From contig OY762913.1 in the NCBI GenBank assembly GCA_963666535.1, positions 1,557,499-1,621,498 on the forward strand: a stretch of DNA of 64,000 nucleotides, read 5' to 3'. The notes under the pieces are model-generated. The model was not told where the DNA came from. It ran no database searches and worked only from the letters and a program-made list of their open reading frames with translations. Numbering within the stretch: the first letter of the stretch is position 1; every line of letters begins with the position of its first letter. A program made the translations under genes and the position numbers. Below are positions 9,434 through 17,849 of the stretch, piece after piece. Source of the DNA: Oscillospiraceae bacterium (GTDB lineage Bacteria > Bacillota > Clostridia > Oscillospirales > Oscillospiraceae).

Positions 9434-10672
9434 TCACAGTACCTTGGCCCCCTGCACCTCGCGGCAGCTATGCTCCTTGCCATCGCGCAGCACACGGACC
9501 TCCTGATCTGATCCGGCATGCTCAATGAAGCGCTTAACGATCACATCACAGAACTTCTCTTCGAGTTCAATGGTGTAACAGATTCTATTCTTACGCTCGC
9601 ACGCGATCAGTGTTGTGCCACTGCCTCCAAAGGGGTCAAGGACAATGCAGTTTGTCAGGCTTGAATTGATAATCGGGTGTTCAATTAGATCCACAGGCTT
9701 CATCGTTGGGTGATCCGGATTCTTGGTTGGTCTGTCGAACTCCCATATCGTTGATTGCTTGCGGTCTGAATACCATTGGTGCTTGCCCTTCCTCTTCCAT
9801 CCGAACAACACAGGCTCATGCTGCCACTGATATGGGCTTCGCCCCATAACAATGCTCTGCTTCTTCCAGACGCATGTGCCGGACAGGTAAAACCCTGCGT
9901 CGGCAAACGCTCTCCGGAAGTTCAGCCCTTCCGTATCGGCATGAAATACATAGATAGAAGCGTCCTGTGCCATCGCTGCTTCGGTGTTCTGGAACGCCGC
10001 GAGCAGGAAGGTATAGAACGCTTCGCTTGCCATATGATCATTCTTGAACTTGCCAGCAACGCCCTCATAGTCCACATTGTACGGAGGATCGGTGACCACA
10101 AGGTTTGCCAGTTTACCATCCATCAGCAGATCGAAGGTCTCTTTCTTCGTGCTGTCGCCACACACAAGCCGGTGCTGACCTAACAGCCAGAGATCCCCGC
10201 TCTTCGTGATCGGTAGTTTCTGCAGCTCAGCTTCAACGTCAAAGTTGTCCTCGGCAGGATCTGCGTCAGCCAGCTCTGCGAACAGAAGCTCCAGCTCCTT
10301 TTCATCGAATCCGGTAACCATTGCGTCCGCGCCCTCGCCGGTGATGTCCGACAATAGAATGACGAGCTTCTCCTCGTCCCATTCGCCAGTGATCTTGTTC
10401 AGTGCGATATTGAGCTGCTTTTCCTCGACCTCAGTCAGATCGACCACGCTGACCTCGCTTTCCTCAATACCGAGATCCAGCAGCACGCTGAGCCGCTGGT
10501 GACCGCCGACCACATTCCCTGTAGTGCGGTTCCATACGATAGGCTCAACATTGCCGAAAGTAAGGATGGAACTCTTCAATTTTTCATACGCAGGATCGCC
10601 AGGGCGCAGCGCCTTACGGGGATTATACTGTGCCGGCCGAAGCTCCGAGAGCTTCATTTTCACTATTTCCAT
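9434..10672 (-). CDS. ParB-like N-terminal domain fused to N6/N4 DNA methyltransferase
   Basis: 412 aa. N-terminal ParB/Srx-like region (IVWNRTTGNVVGGHQRL), then catalytic TDPPYNV motif and a C-terminal SAM-binding LDPFGGSGTT. Confidence 0.85.
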   Translation of the reverse strand: MEIVKMKLSELRPAQYNPRKALRPGDPAYEKLKSSILTFGNVEPIVWNRTTGNVVGGHQRLSVLLDLGIEESEVSVVDLTEVEEKQLNIALNKITGEWDEEKLVILLSDITGEGADAMVTGFDEKELELLFAELADADPAEDNFDVEAELQKLPITKSGDLWLLGQHRLVCGDSTKKETFDLLMDGKLANLVVTDPPYNVDYEGVAGKFKNDHMASEAFYTFLLAAFQNTEAAMAQDASIYVFHADTEGLNFRRAFADAGFYLSGTCVWKKQSIVMGRSPYQWQHEPVLFGWKRKGKHQWYSDRKQSTIWEFDRPTKNPDHPTMKPVDLIEHPIINSSLTNCIVLDPFGGSGTTLIACERKNRICYTIELEEKFCDVIVKRFIEHAGSDQEVRVLRDGKEHSCREVQGAKVL

Positions 10673-10786
10673 GGATTTGCGCTCCTCATAGACTTCGTAC
10701 CCGCTGCTGTCCGGTGGCGAACGAACAACCCGAGCCGGGAATCCCGCGCAAGGAGCGACGCGAGACCGTCGTTAAACAACCTCCTG

Positions 10787-10824
10787 CCCATAGAAATAAC
10801 CGTCCCCTGCAGAGCAGAGGACGG
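10787..10824 (-). terminator. Hairpin plus U-tract downstream of the late-regulator gene
   Basis: Minus strand reads CCGTCCTCTGCTCTGCAGGGGACGG followed by TTATTTCT, 78 nt after the stop at 10903. Confidence 0.45.
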
Positions 10825-10902
10825 CTGGCGTATGATTAAAATTTTACAAGCTTATTAAACCACAGCTTTGTATTCGCGGTCAAGTGCCGACTTTTTGCCC
10901 TG

Positions 10903-11451
10903 CTACTCACGCTCTATCCATTGGATGCCAAAAAGCAGGGCGCTCATTTTCTCACAGGCGGCATCAAGGTCCTTATACACCGTTCGGACGTCAATATTTT
11001 CCCGTTCTGCAATATCCGGCGCAGGTGATGGATAGTTGCCTAAGTACATTGCTTCGAGGACGCGATACCTTCGCTCGTCCTCCGGTCTTTTTGAAGACAC
11101 GCAGATCGTCTGATAAGCCGACAGCATTGCATCAATGTGAGCGAGCATAATGGCAGATTTGGCTTTTGATGAAACGATAGCATCAACATCGATATCATGT
11201 TCGTTCTCCATAAGCCTCCGGAAAAAATCGTAATCCTCATTTTCTACCTCTGCCAGAGATGTGACAGCATCGCTGGCGTGGATCTTGATTTCCCGGTAAT
11301 TTTTCATCAGCCGCTTAGTGTCGCGCAACCGCCGATCAGAGCGCCGCTTTTTTTCCTTTTCCTTTTCTTTTGCATACGCCTCGAGGGCGGCCTTTGTCCC
11401 TGCCTCGGCAGCCATGCGAATTATGTAATCTTGTGATTTATCTTTTGCCAT
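10903..11451 (-). CDS. Putative phage late-gene transcriptional regulator (sigma-70 region-4-like HTH)
   Basis: 182 aa. C-terminal DIAERENIDVRTVYKDLDAACEKMSALLFG resembles a region-4 HTH. Last gene before the methylase/terminase block. Confidence 0.45.
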   Translation of the reverse strand: MAKDKSQDYIIRMAAEAGTKAALEAYAKEKEKEKKRRSDRRLRDTKRLMKNYREIKIHASDAVTSLAEVENEDYDFFRRLMENEHDIDVDAIVSSKAKSAIMLAHIDAMLSAYQTICVSSKRPEDERRYRVLEAMYLGNYPSPAPDIAERENIDVRTVYKDLDAACEKMSALLFGIQWIERE

Positions 11452-11474
11452 CAGCTTTGATCCTCCTTAGCCAA

Positions 11475-11951
11475 TTACTTTCTGCATTTAAGCCGTGGGT
11501 TTCCATTGTCAATTACCTTCTTTGCCTGCTCCGGGAAGGAAACCACTGCGGCAACCCCACCGGCCTCCCGGATTGCCTTTATGGTTTCCTCCTGTATTTT
11601 GGATAGCTCCCCGATGAAGGGGCGCTTGATCTCGAAGCCGTAAAACCTGCCGTCGATGATGGCGCAGACATCCGGGATGCCCTGCCTGCTGTATGGGCCT
11701 GCAGCTGCTTTCCAAACGAAGGCCGAAGGGTAGGTTTCCTGTATCCACTTCATGACGGCGGTTTGGTAGTAGTTCTCCTTGGGGAGCGCTTTCCGCATGA
11801 GCTTGTCAAAGTCCGCGGCGCTGATCGGCTTTCCGGATGCCTCTTTGATCCAATCCAGCATTTCCGAGCGGGAAAGACGGCGGCTCTGCTGCCGGATGGC
11901 GATAACGTCAGGAACCATAGGACGGTGCTTCTTCAAAGACCGGCTCCGCAT
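11475..11951 (-). CDS. VRR-NUC domain nuclease
   Basis: 158 aa. GIPDVCAIIDGRFYGFEIKRP...LSKIQEETIKAIREAGGVAAVV matches the PD-(D/E)xK VRR-NUC signature. Confidence 0.75.
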   Translation of the reverse strand: MRSRSLKKHRPMVPDVIAIRQQSRRLSRSEMLDWIKEASGKPISAADFDKLMRKALPKENYYQTAVMKWIQETYPSAFVWKAAAGPYSRQGIPDVCAIIDGRFYGFEIKRPFIGELSKIQEETIKAIREAGGVAAVVSFPEQAKKVIDNGNPRLKCRK

Positions 11952-12627
11952 CGCCTGCGGAGGAGTTATCTACATCCGGTGCCTGTCCCACATCGGTCTG
12001 GGCGAACGGCTCTTTGTTGCCGGCATCGTCCTCCATCATGCGGCTTGCCATCATGTCGGCGTTGTGAAGCGCCCAGACTGCCGGGTACATTTCGATGGCG
12101 TTTCCGAGCGCCAAGGTGTCCTGCGTGTCGGTGTATCCCATGTGCCACCAGATGGCGTACATTTCCCGGTTGCTCAGCTCTATGTACTGCTTAATGATCA
12201 TGACGCTCTTATCGCCGTGGCCAAGCGGCATTCTGTCCTTGACCGAGAAGTATGGGACCTTTTCCCATTTGCCGGTTTGCTCGTTTTTCGCGTTGCGGAG
12301 GCTCACCGTGTAGAAATAGGTCTTGCAAATGTCGTGCAGCAGGGCCATCACGAGTACACTCTCGTCTGGGATCGTGTCAATTACCGTTCCGGCCGCCCGG
12401 TATTCCCACTGGCCGTCTTGTGTGGGGGTCATGCTACCCCGCAGCGCATCCAGCACATTGAGACTGTGCTGAAGGAGTCCTCCCTCGCAGGAGAGGTGAT
12501 ACTTGGTGCTGGCCGGGGCCTCGTAAAAATCGCTTTTGCGGATGTAGGCCATGAGTTTATCAATACCGGGGCGCTGAACCTTCTCGATCTCCGCCTCGAA
12601 TCGTGCGATCAGTGTTTTGATATCCAT
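11908..12627 (-). CDS. HD-domain phosphohydrolase
   Basis: ORF track 11908..12714. Preferred ATG at 12627 (MDIKTLIARF...), 7 nt after AAAGGGGAA and 15 nt after the upstream stop. H...HD motif (LLQHSLNV ... ALLHDICK). Confidence 0.7.
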   Translation of the reverse strand: MDIKTLIARFEAEIEKVQRPGIDKLMAYIRKSDFYEAPASTKYHLSCEGGLLQHSLNVLDALRGSMTPTQDGQWEYRAAGTVIDTIPDESVLVMALLHDICKTYFYTVSLRNAKNEQTGKWEKVPYFSVKDRMPLGHGDKSVMIIKQYIELSNREMYAIWWHMGYTDTQDTLALGNAIEMYPAVWALHNADMMASRMMEDDAGNKEPFAQTDVGQAPDVDNSSAGDAEPVFEEAPSYGS

Positions 12628-12641
12628 TTTCTGTTCCCCTT

Positions 12642-13199
12642 TCATACTGTTTTTCTTGGATTTGTATGCTTTCGAGCAAGTGAGCCAAGTCCTGAGCTCT
12701 CGATCTTCGAACAATAATCTTCATAGAACATTTCGTACTCTTTTTCGTCCCGCATGATGCCGTCGGCCGTGATCACCGAGTCGCGTCGGATGCCCACGAT
12801 TCGCCCGCCATACTTGGCGATTAGTTTGTCATAAAGATGCTCTGCCGGATTTCCGACGACGGCCACCCACTCGACCTTGCGAAAGTGATGCTTTGTGAAG
12901 AGCTCGGTGAGGAATTGGTAGAAATCCTTCGAGAAAACGAAATTGACCTTTCCAAAATTTATCGCCCCTATGTTTGATACTTTGTTAGATAGGCGGTCAA
13001 TGTGAGCCCCGAAGTATCCGAGTATCTCGCCAGACGCTCCGACGCTGACCATTTGTATATTGTCCCATGAGCCGCTGTTGAGCTCGATCTTGTATTCCCA
13101 CCAGTTGCTGACGTTGTAAAATTGATATTTCTCTTGAAATACGCAGGCCTGCCACGCTTTATTTAGAGCGTCCTGATTTGGATATGCGAGCTTTAACAT
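12642..13199 (-). CDS. GNAT-fold acetyltransferase-like protein
   Basis: 185 aa. HFRKVEWVAVVGNPAEHLYDKLIAKYGGRIVG resembles the acetyl-CoA-binding core of RimJ/RimL-type GNATs. Confidence 0.5.
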   Translation of the reverse strand: MLKLAYPNQDALNKAWQACVFQEKYQFYNVSNWWEYKIELNSGSWDNIQMVSVGASGEILGYFGAHIDRLSNKVSNIGAINFGKVNFVFSKDFYQFLTELFTKHHFRKVEWVAVVGNPAEHLYDKLIAKYGGRIVGIRRDSVITADGIMRDEKEYEMFYEDYCSKIESSGLGSLARKHTNPRKTV

Positions 13200-13774
13200 T
13201 CTGCATTTTCTCCTTTCTGCGGGTCGTCCCCTATGTGAGGCGTGAAGGCGTAATTGATGGGATTATATTTGTTATCGATCCAGTAGCCGTACTCCGGGTT
13301 ATCCTTTCCGGGAAGCCAGAAGGCCTTTAGGATGTCGTTATAAATCCAGCGGTTGCCCAGATCGCCAGTCCATCTGTTGTGGCGCTGCCAATATGGGTCA
13401 AAGGCTTCATTGTAGAGACGCTCATACAGTTTACCAAGCAGGTCTTGGAACTGATCCATGTCCTGCCGATCGGTAAGCGAGGACCGCATCTGGTCATAGA
13501 GTCCGCCCGGCTGGCGCTCATCCTGCTTGATGGCGGCGATCTTCTTCTCCAGCCACTCATTCCCGGCCTTGTCGCCCGGATGCGTGGGAAATTTCAAAGT
13601 GTTGAAATATTCGGTGCAGTACCACTCCCCGAGGCTCTCAACCTCCGCCGCCAGCTGATTGTATGACTTGGCGTATTTAGTCCGGAGATCTTCGATAGAG
13701 ACCTTTTCCCGGTTTGCCTTGAGCCTTTCCAGCGCCTTTTCGAAGGCTGCGATCTTCTCTGCGATTTTGTCCAT
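13193..13774 (-). CDS. Hypothetical phage protein (coiled-coil N-terminus, Trp/Tyr-rich C-terminus)
   Basis: ORF track 13193..13966. The first 64 codons read through the iteron field. The ATG at 13774 is preceded by GGAG at 9 nt (MDKIAEKIAAFEKALERL...). Confidence 0.6.
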   Translation of the reverse strand: MDKIAEKIAAFEKALERLKANREKVSIEDLRTKYAKSYNQLAAEVESLGEWYCTEYFNTLKFPTHPGDKAGNEWLEKKIAAIKQDERQPGGLYDQMRSSLTDRQDMDQFQDLLGKLYERLYNEAFDPYWQRHNRWTGDLGNRWIYNDILKAFWLPGKDNPEYGYWIDNKYNPINYAFTPHIGDDPQKGENAEC

Positions 13775-13810
13775 GGTTTCCGTCTCCTTTGCATAGCCGT
13801 TTTTGGGCTT

Positions 13811-14100
13811 GTTACACCTAATCCTCAAAAATAGGTGTAACAGCGCAACCATTTGAAACAGCGGGAGTTTTACGGCTCCACGTATCCTGTTACACCTAAT
13901 TCTTGAAACACACCTTCTTTTTAGAAATTTTACACAACTTACAAAAAATCGTGAATCGTGCAGCATTTGCAGAATGCAATAAAAATAGGTGTAACAGGTG
14001 TAACAGGTGTAACAGGTACTTAAAAGCCTTGATTTCTCAGCGGTTTGCGCATCGTTTGAAATGTTACACCTAATGTTACACCTAATTTTAGGTGTAACAT
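13811..14100. repeat. Iteron field: nine copies of GGTGTAAC/GTTACACC in both orientations
   Basis: Copies at 13811-18(-), 13834-41(+), 13889-96(-), 13988-95, 13997-14004, 14006-13 (three tandem 9-bp AGGTGTAAC units), 14063-70(-), 14075-82(-), 14091-98(+). Perfect 28-bp palindrome 14073-14100. Confidence 0.85.
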
Positions 14101-14110
14101 TTTTTCGAGG

Positions 14111-16873
14111 TTAAAATGGAAGCTCTTCATCATTGCTATCAAGCTCGGTAAACTCTGAGATCGAGGTCTGCTTGTCCGACTGCTTCCAACCTGCCGGGAT
14201 TTCGGATTCGTCCATTTCGTCCATATCGTCGATAGGATCTTTGTTCTCAGAGAGATTCCCGAGGAAGAATTCAACGAACCGACTGGTTCTATTCCCAAAG
14301 CGGCGGATTACAGAGTAAGTCTTCTTGCCGGAATTATCCGTCGTGGATGAAATTAACCCCTGCTCGGATAGGTACTTCATGGTTTTACGCGGCGAGTACC
14401 CGGCCTTCGTCAGTGCCTGGTTCAGCATCGAAGGGAATATGTATACCGTGTTCCCCGATTCGGAGAGCATGCCGAGACAGGTGCCTATGGCGCTTGTGCC
14501 GAAGTAAGCCTTGTTTGACAGTATCCAGTCCACTATGAACTGCGTCGCGTTTTCGTTCACGTCCGTAGAGTTGCCCTCCACCTGGTCAATGAGGATATTC
14601 GCCGCCATGCGCTTTGCTCTGGCCCAAGATTCCATGGTAATTCCCAACGGCTCCAGAATTTCCGAATTCGCTTCTGAATTTTGAATGGGGGTTTCATCTT
14701 TTGAGCCACCGAAGAGCCAGCTGTCAATAAGGGCGTCGGCCAGTGCGACCGTCGAGATCCCGGCAATGTGTGATCCGTTCTTCCCCTCGCTGATTGCCCG
14801 GACATAACTCTGCATCTTTTCATATGCTTCACAGATTTGCCGCTCATGAAGTCCGATAATGCGCTCAACAAAGGCAGGGCCGGCCCAGCCGCAGTCCATG
14901 ACCGACTGCTGATGCATCAGCCCGGCGTCCTGTTCATTATCAAACGGTCCGCCATATATCTCCAGCACACGGGTGCTAACGCCCGTTTGCGTTGTATCCG
15001 TACTGAGCGGCTCTTCGCCGGTTGCCAGCGCTATGGTGCGCCATTGGTGGGTAGTCTGAAGGCCGCCGCCCTTTGCACCTCTGATTTTGCCGGTGCCGGA
15101 CGCGATCATGTAGACGATTTTCTCCAGCGTTCCCTGATTGTTTCCCGCGAGCTGCCGCTCATCGATGCCGAGGGGGAGATCGCAATAAAAAGCCGCTGTG
15201 CGCTCAAGGCCGACCTGCGTGGCGTTGAAATTCACCATCAGCCGTTCCGGGTCGCCCCATGCAGAGAGCGCCGCTTTCAGGGCGGCGGTCTTACCTCCCT
15301 TTGATCCGCCCCAGTTATATACAAAGAAGATCCGCTGCTTCACGATCCGCAGAAGCGGAGCCGCGAAGCTGGCCGCCAGGATAAACCTGAATTTGTCCCT
15401 CGCCCTGTGCGGTGCCATGTGCTCAATCCATTTCTCGAAGGTGCCGTTTTGACAATAAGCCGCCGCCATGCCACGCTGTGAAGGGTCTATATCCAGTGTG
15501 ATCCCCTCCGCGCGGCCCGGAAGAAATCGTCCGCCCGGCTGCCAGCCGAAGGTGCCGGTGGCGTCGGCCTTCGGGATGATGTCGATGTTCTCCGCTTCCA
15601 GTGAGCCAAGAAACCGCACCACCTGCTTGGCGTTCTCGCTGGTGATGGTGCAGCCCAGATCCGCAAGGGCTGTGATCGCCCGGCTGGAAAAGATTGTGGA
15701 GCGTGGGTATATAGCGGTGTTCCATTTATCGTCCCGCTTGAATGCGATCTCCATCTTCTCATCGCCGGTCTCCATACTTTTCAGGCGCTGCGTCAGGATG
15801 ATCGGTGTTCTGCAGATAGTGACCGGCGTGAACTTCTTCTCGTCGATTATGCTAATACCCTTCTCTGAGTAGATCCAGCCCTCGGGCTGCCGGAGATTGA
15901 TTGGAGCGCCGGTGATCGCCTCCGGGACCAGATCCTTATCGAGATCGATCTTCTCGGCACCGTCGAGTGCCTCCCGGATCATCCTTGCCGCTTCTTCCTT
16001 GCCGTGCTTTATGTAGAGATCGGACGGGTCTTTCACACCAAGCCGTTCGCAACTCCAAAGGTACGCCTCTCCGATAAATCCGCCCTCTTTTAAGCCGCTG
16101 CAGACTTTTGCAACAAAGGTTTCCCCGCCCTTGTCAGGTTCTTTGTGGATATAAAGCTTCAGCTCCTGCAGAACATCCGCCTGCTGCGGCTTGAACATGG
16201 ACGCTCCGGCCACGCCGATGGCTGGAATACCCATATACCAGAGGCTTTGGCTGTCTGATTCGCCCTCAACCATGACGGCATAACCCACCTTGCGGATTTC
16301 CGGGATGCGCCATTCTCCATAGAGACAGATTTTCCCGCTGGAGCCATACTTCCATCTGAAATCCTTGTTTCCAAACCTTTTTCTGAAGGTGGATTCCTCT
16401 CCATTAATGTCGAGGTACGGGATACGGAGGAATGTAGTGCCGTTCCGCTCCTTGCCCGTGCTGACATGGCAAGTATCCTGCAGGAAGTCTTCAGGCAGCC
16501 GCTTTTCAAAGGAATACTGCTCGGTGGTATAAGAGACCATGGCCGGATCTGCCTCACTGGCCTTTTGAGGACGTGCCGCTTTGGGGCTCTCCTGGCTCAG
16601 GCCGTATTTATCAAGAATAGCCTTGTAGGCGTCTTTGGTGTCCACCTTGTGATATTCCGCCCAAAAGGATACGAAATTCCCGCCCCGGTCCTCTGAGAAG
16701 CAGTGCCATTGCCCGGTCTTCAGGTCAACGGAGAAGCTGTTGTTTCTGTCTTCATGAAAAGGACATAACCCGGTGAGATTATCGCCGGTGATCTTGTGCT
16801 TCTCAATGACGGCGCTGTATTCCGCCTTATAATCGACGATTCTGTCCAGGTCAACCGCATTTCTTGCCGTCAT
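14111..16873 (-). CDS. Bifunctional DNA primase / replicative helicase (zf-CHC2, Toprim, DUF927-like P-loop)
   Basis: 920 aa. CPFHEDRNNSFSVDLKTGQWHCFS zinc finger, MVEGESDSQSL Toprim acidic motif, Walker A NWGGSKGGKTAAL. Confidence 0.85.
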   Translation of the reverse strand: MTARNAVDLDRIVDYKAEYSAVIEKHKITGDNLTGLCPFHEDRNNSFSVDLKTGQWHCFSEDRGGNFVSFWAEYHKVDTKDAYKAILDKYGLSQESPKAARPQKASEADPAMVSYTTEQYSFEKRLPEDFLQDTCHVSTGKERNGTTFLRIPYLDINGEESTFRKRFGNKDFRWKYGSSGKICLYGEWRIPEIRKVGYAVMVEGESDSQSLWYMGIPAIGVAGASMFKPQQADVLQELKLYIHKEPDKGGETFVAKVCSGLKEGGFIGEAYLWSCERLGVKDPSDLYIKHGKEEAARMIREALDGAEKIDLDKDLVPEAITGAPINLRQPEGWIYSEKGISIIDEKKFTPVTICRTPIILTQRLKSMETGDEKMEIAFKRDDKWNTAIYPRSTIFSSRAITALADLGCTITSENAKQVVRFLGSLEAENIDIIPKADATGTFGWQPGGRFLPGRAEGITLDIDPSQRGMAAAYCQNGTFEKWIEHMAPHRARDKFRFILAASFAAPLLRIVKQRIFFVYNWGGSKGGKTAALKAALSAWGDPERLMVNFNATQVGLERTAAFYCDLPLGIDERQLAGNNQGTLEKIVYMIASGTGKIRGAKGGGLQTTHQWRTIALATGEEPLSTDTTQTGVSTRVLEIYGGPFDNEQDAGLMHQQSVMDCGWAGPAFVERIIGLHERQICEAYEKMQSYVRAISEGKNGSHIAGISTVALADALIDSWLFGGSKDETPIQNSEANSEILEPLGITMESWARAKRMAANILIDQVEGNSTDVNENATQFIVDWILSNKAYFGTSAIGTCLGMLSESGNTVYIFPSMLNQALTKAGYSPRKTMKYLSEQGLISSTTDNSGKKTYSVIRRFGNRTSRFVEFFLGNLSENKDPIDDMDEMDESEIPAGWKQSDKQTSISEFTELDSNDEELPF

Positions 16874-16923
16874 CCACTCTCACCGCCCTTTCGCTGTATA
16901 TTTCCATAGGCTGCTCCCGTCAT

Positions 16924-16949
16924 GCGGGGGTACCTTGCGGTACCCCCGC
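16924..16949 (-). other. GC-rich 11-bp stem hairpin with GCAA (GNRA) tetraloop on the transcribed strand
   Basis: GCGGGGGTACC-TTGC-GGTACCCCCGC on the plus strand. Lies between the 288-aa gene stop (16974) and the primase start (16873). No U-tract follows. Confidence 0.6.
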
Positions 16950-16973
16950 GATTGCAATTCTTCGCTTACTCAG

Positions 16974-17840
16974 TTAATCCTTGAAGGGCAGGTCATCTGC
17001 CGGGGAAACCTCGGTAAACTCGGCCTCGCCGGCCGTCTCATCCGATTGCTCCGGATCGGCGGCAGCTTCATGCGCAGACGGCGTCACTGCGTTATGGTCG
17101 TTCAAGGTGATTGCCATTTCCGTATACTTGCCCTTGATCTGACGACGTAGCTCCTTGGCCATCCCAGAAGCCGAAGGAGGAAGGATGCCTTTCTTTTCGA
17201 TAGTTACCTTGCTGTAGGCGATTCCGCCGGAGTTAGTCGCCTTTTCAAGCTTGAAGGAGACGATCAGGCCGGTGTAGGGAATGCCCTTGGTTCCCATGAT
17301 CCGGGCGAGCTGCTTGTTTACATCCTTGATGGACGTGGGCGGGACGGTCAGAAGGTAGAGGTTCGGGTCATTGTCCATCATGATGTAAACGCGGCGCATA
17401 TTCTTGCAGGCCTTGCCTTTACCGCCCTTGATGTCGGTACCGTAAGCGTTGAGGGGGCAATGTTCGCAGTCGCAGACTTCGCCGGTGTCGTTGCGAATGC
17501 CGACCTTCCCGTCCATGCTGGAGCAAACCGGAATTTTGTCGCCGTCGTCTCCGGAGCCGTACTCCTTTTCCCAGTAAGCGTTGAGGCGATGGGTGAAGAC
17601 GATCACGCCGCTGACTTCCTTCATGTACTCGACATCGTCCTCATCGTCGCCCTGCACCTCGTAGGCAAGACCGCCGCCGGAGGGGATTTTGACCATGCGG
17701 CAGGAAATGCCGCTTTCGCTGTCCAGATCCTCCATCTGGTCCTGAAGCTCCGCCATCAGTTCCGGGTCCATGCCCTCAAAGCGGTTTGCGATTTTGAAGC
17801 TGTCCATCACAGCAAGTTCCGTTTTCTTAGCCATTTTCAT
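16974..17840 (-). CDS. Conserved phage replication-module protein with Cys cluster (function unknown, possibly ssDNA-binding)
   Basis: 288 aa. PVCSSMDG...CDCEHCPLNAYG...GKACKNMRRVYIM Cys cluster, acidic C-terminus. Adjacent to the primase-helicase. Confidence 0.55.
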   Translation of the reverse strand: MKMAKKTELAVMDSFKIANRFEGMDPELMAELQDQMEDLDSESGISCRMVKIPSGGGLAYEVQGDDEDDVEYMKEVSGVIVFTHRLNAYWEKEYGSGDDGDKIPVCSSMDGKVGIRNDTGEVCDCEHCPLNAYGTDIKGGKGKACKNMRRVYIMMDNDPNLYLLTVPPTSIKDVNKQLARIMGTKGIPYTGLIVSFKLEKATNSGGIAYSKVTIEKKGILPPSASGMAKELRRQIKGKYTEMAITLNDHNAVTPSAHEAAADPEQSDETAGEAEFTEVSPADDLPFKD

Positions 17841-17849
17841 ATCCTCCTA

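Noticed and set aside
9291-9528. Short ORFs 9291..9506, 9313..9525 and 9331..9528 in and around the methylase-terminase gap
   Set aside because: They are mutually overlapping, without RBSs, and partly overlap the methylase 3' end. The region is better explained as non-coding (packaging or regulatory).
13987-14013. Possible mini-CRISPR or tandem-repeat array (three 9-bp units)
   Set aside because: The units are contiguous without spacers and only 9 bp long. They belong to a mixed-orientation iteron field, and there are no cas genes.
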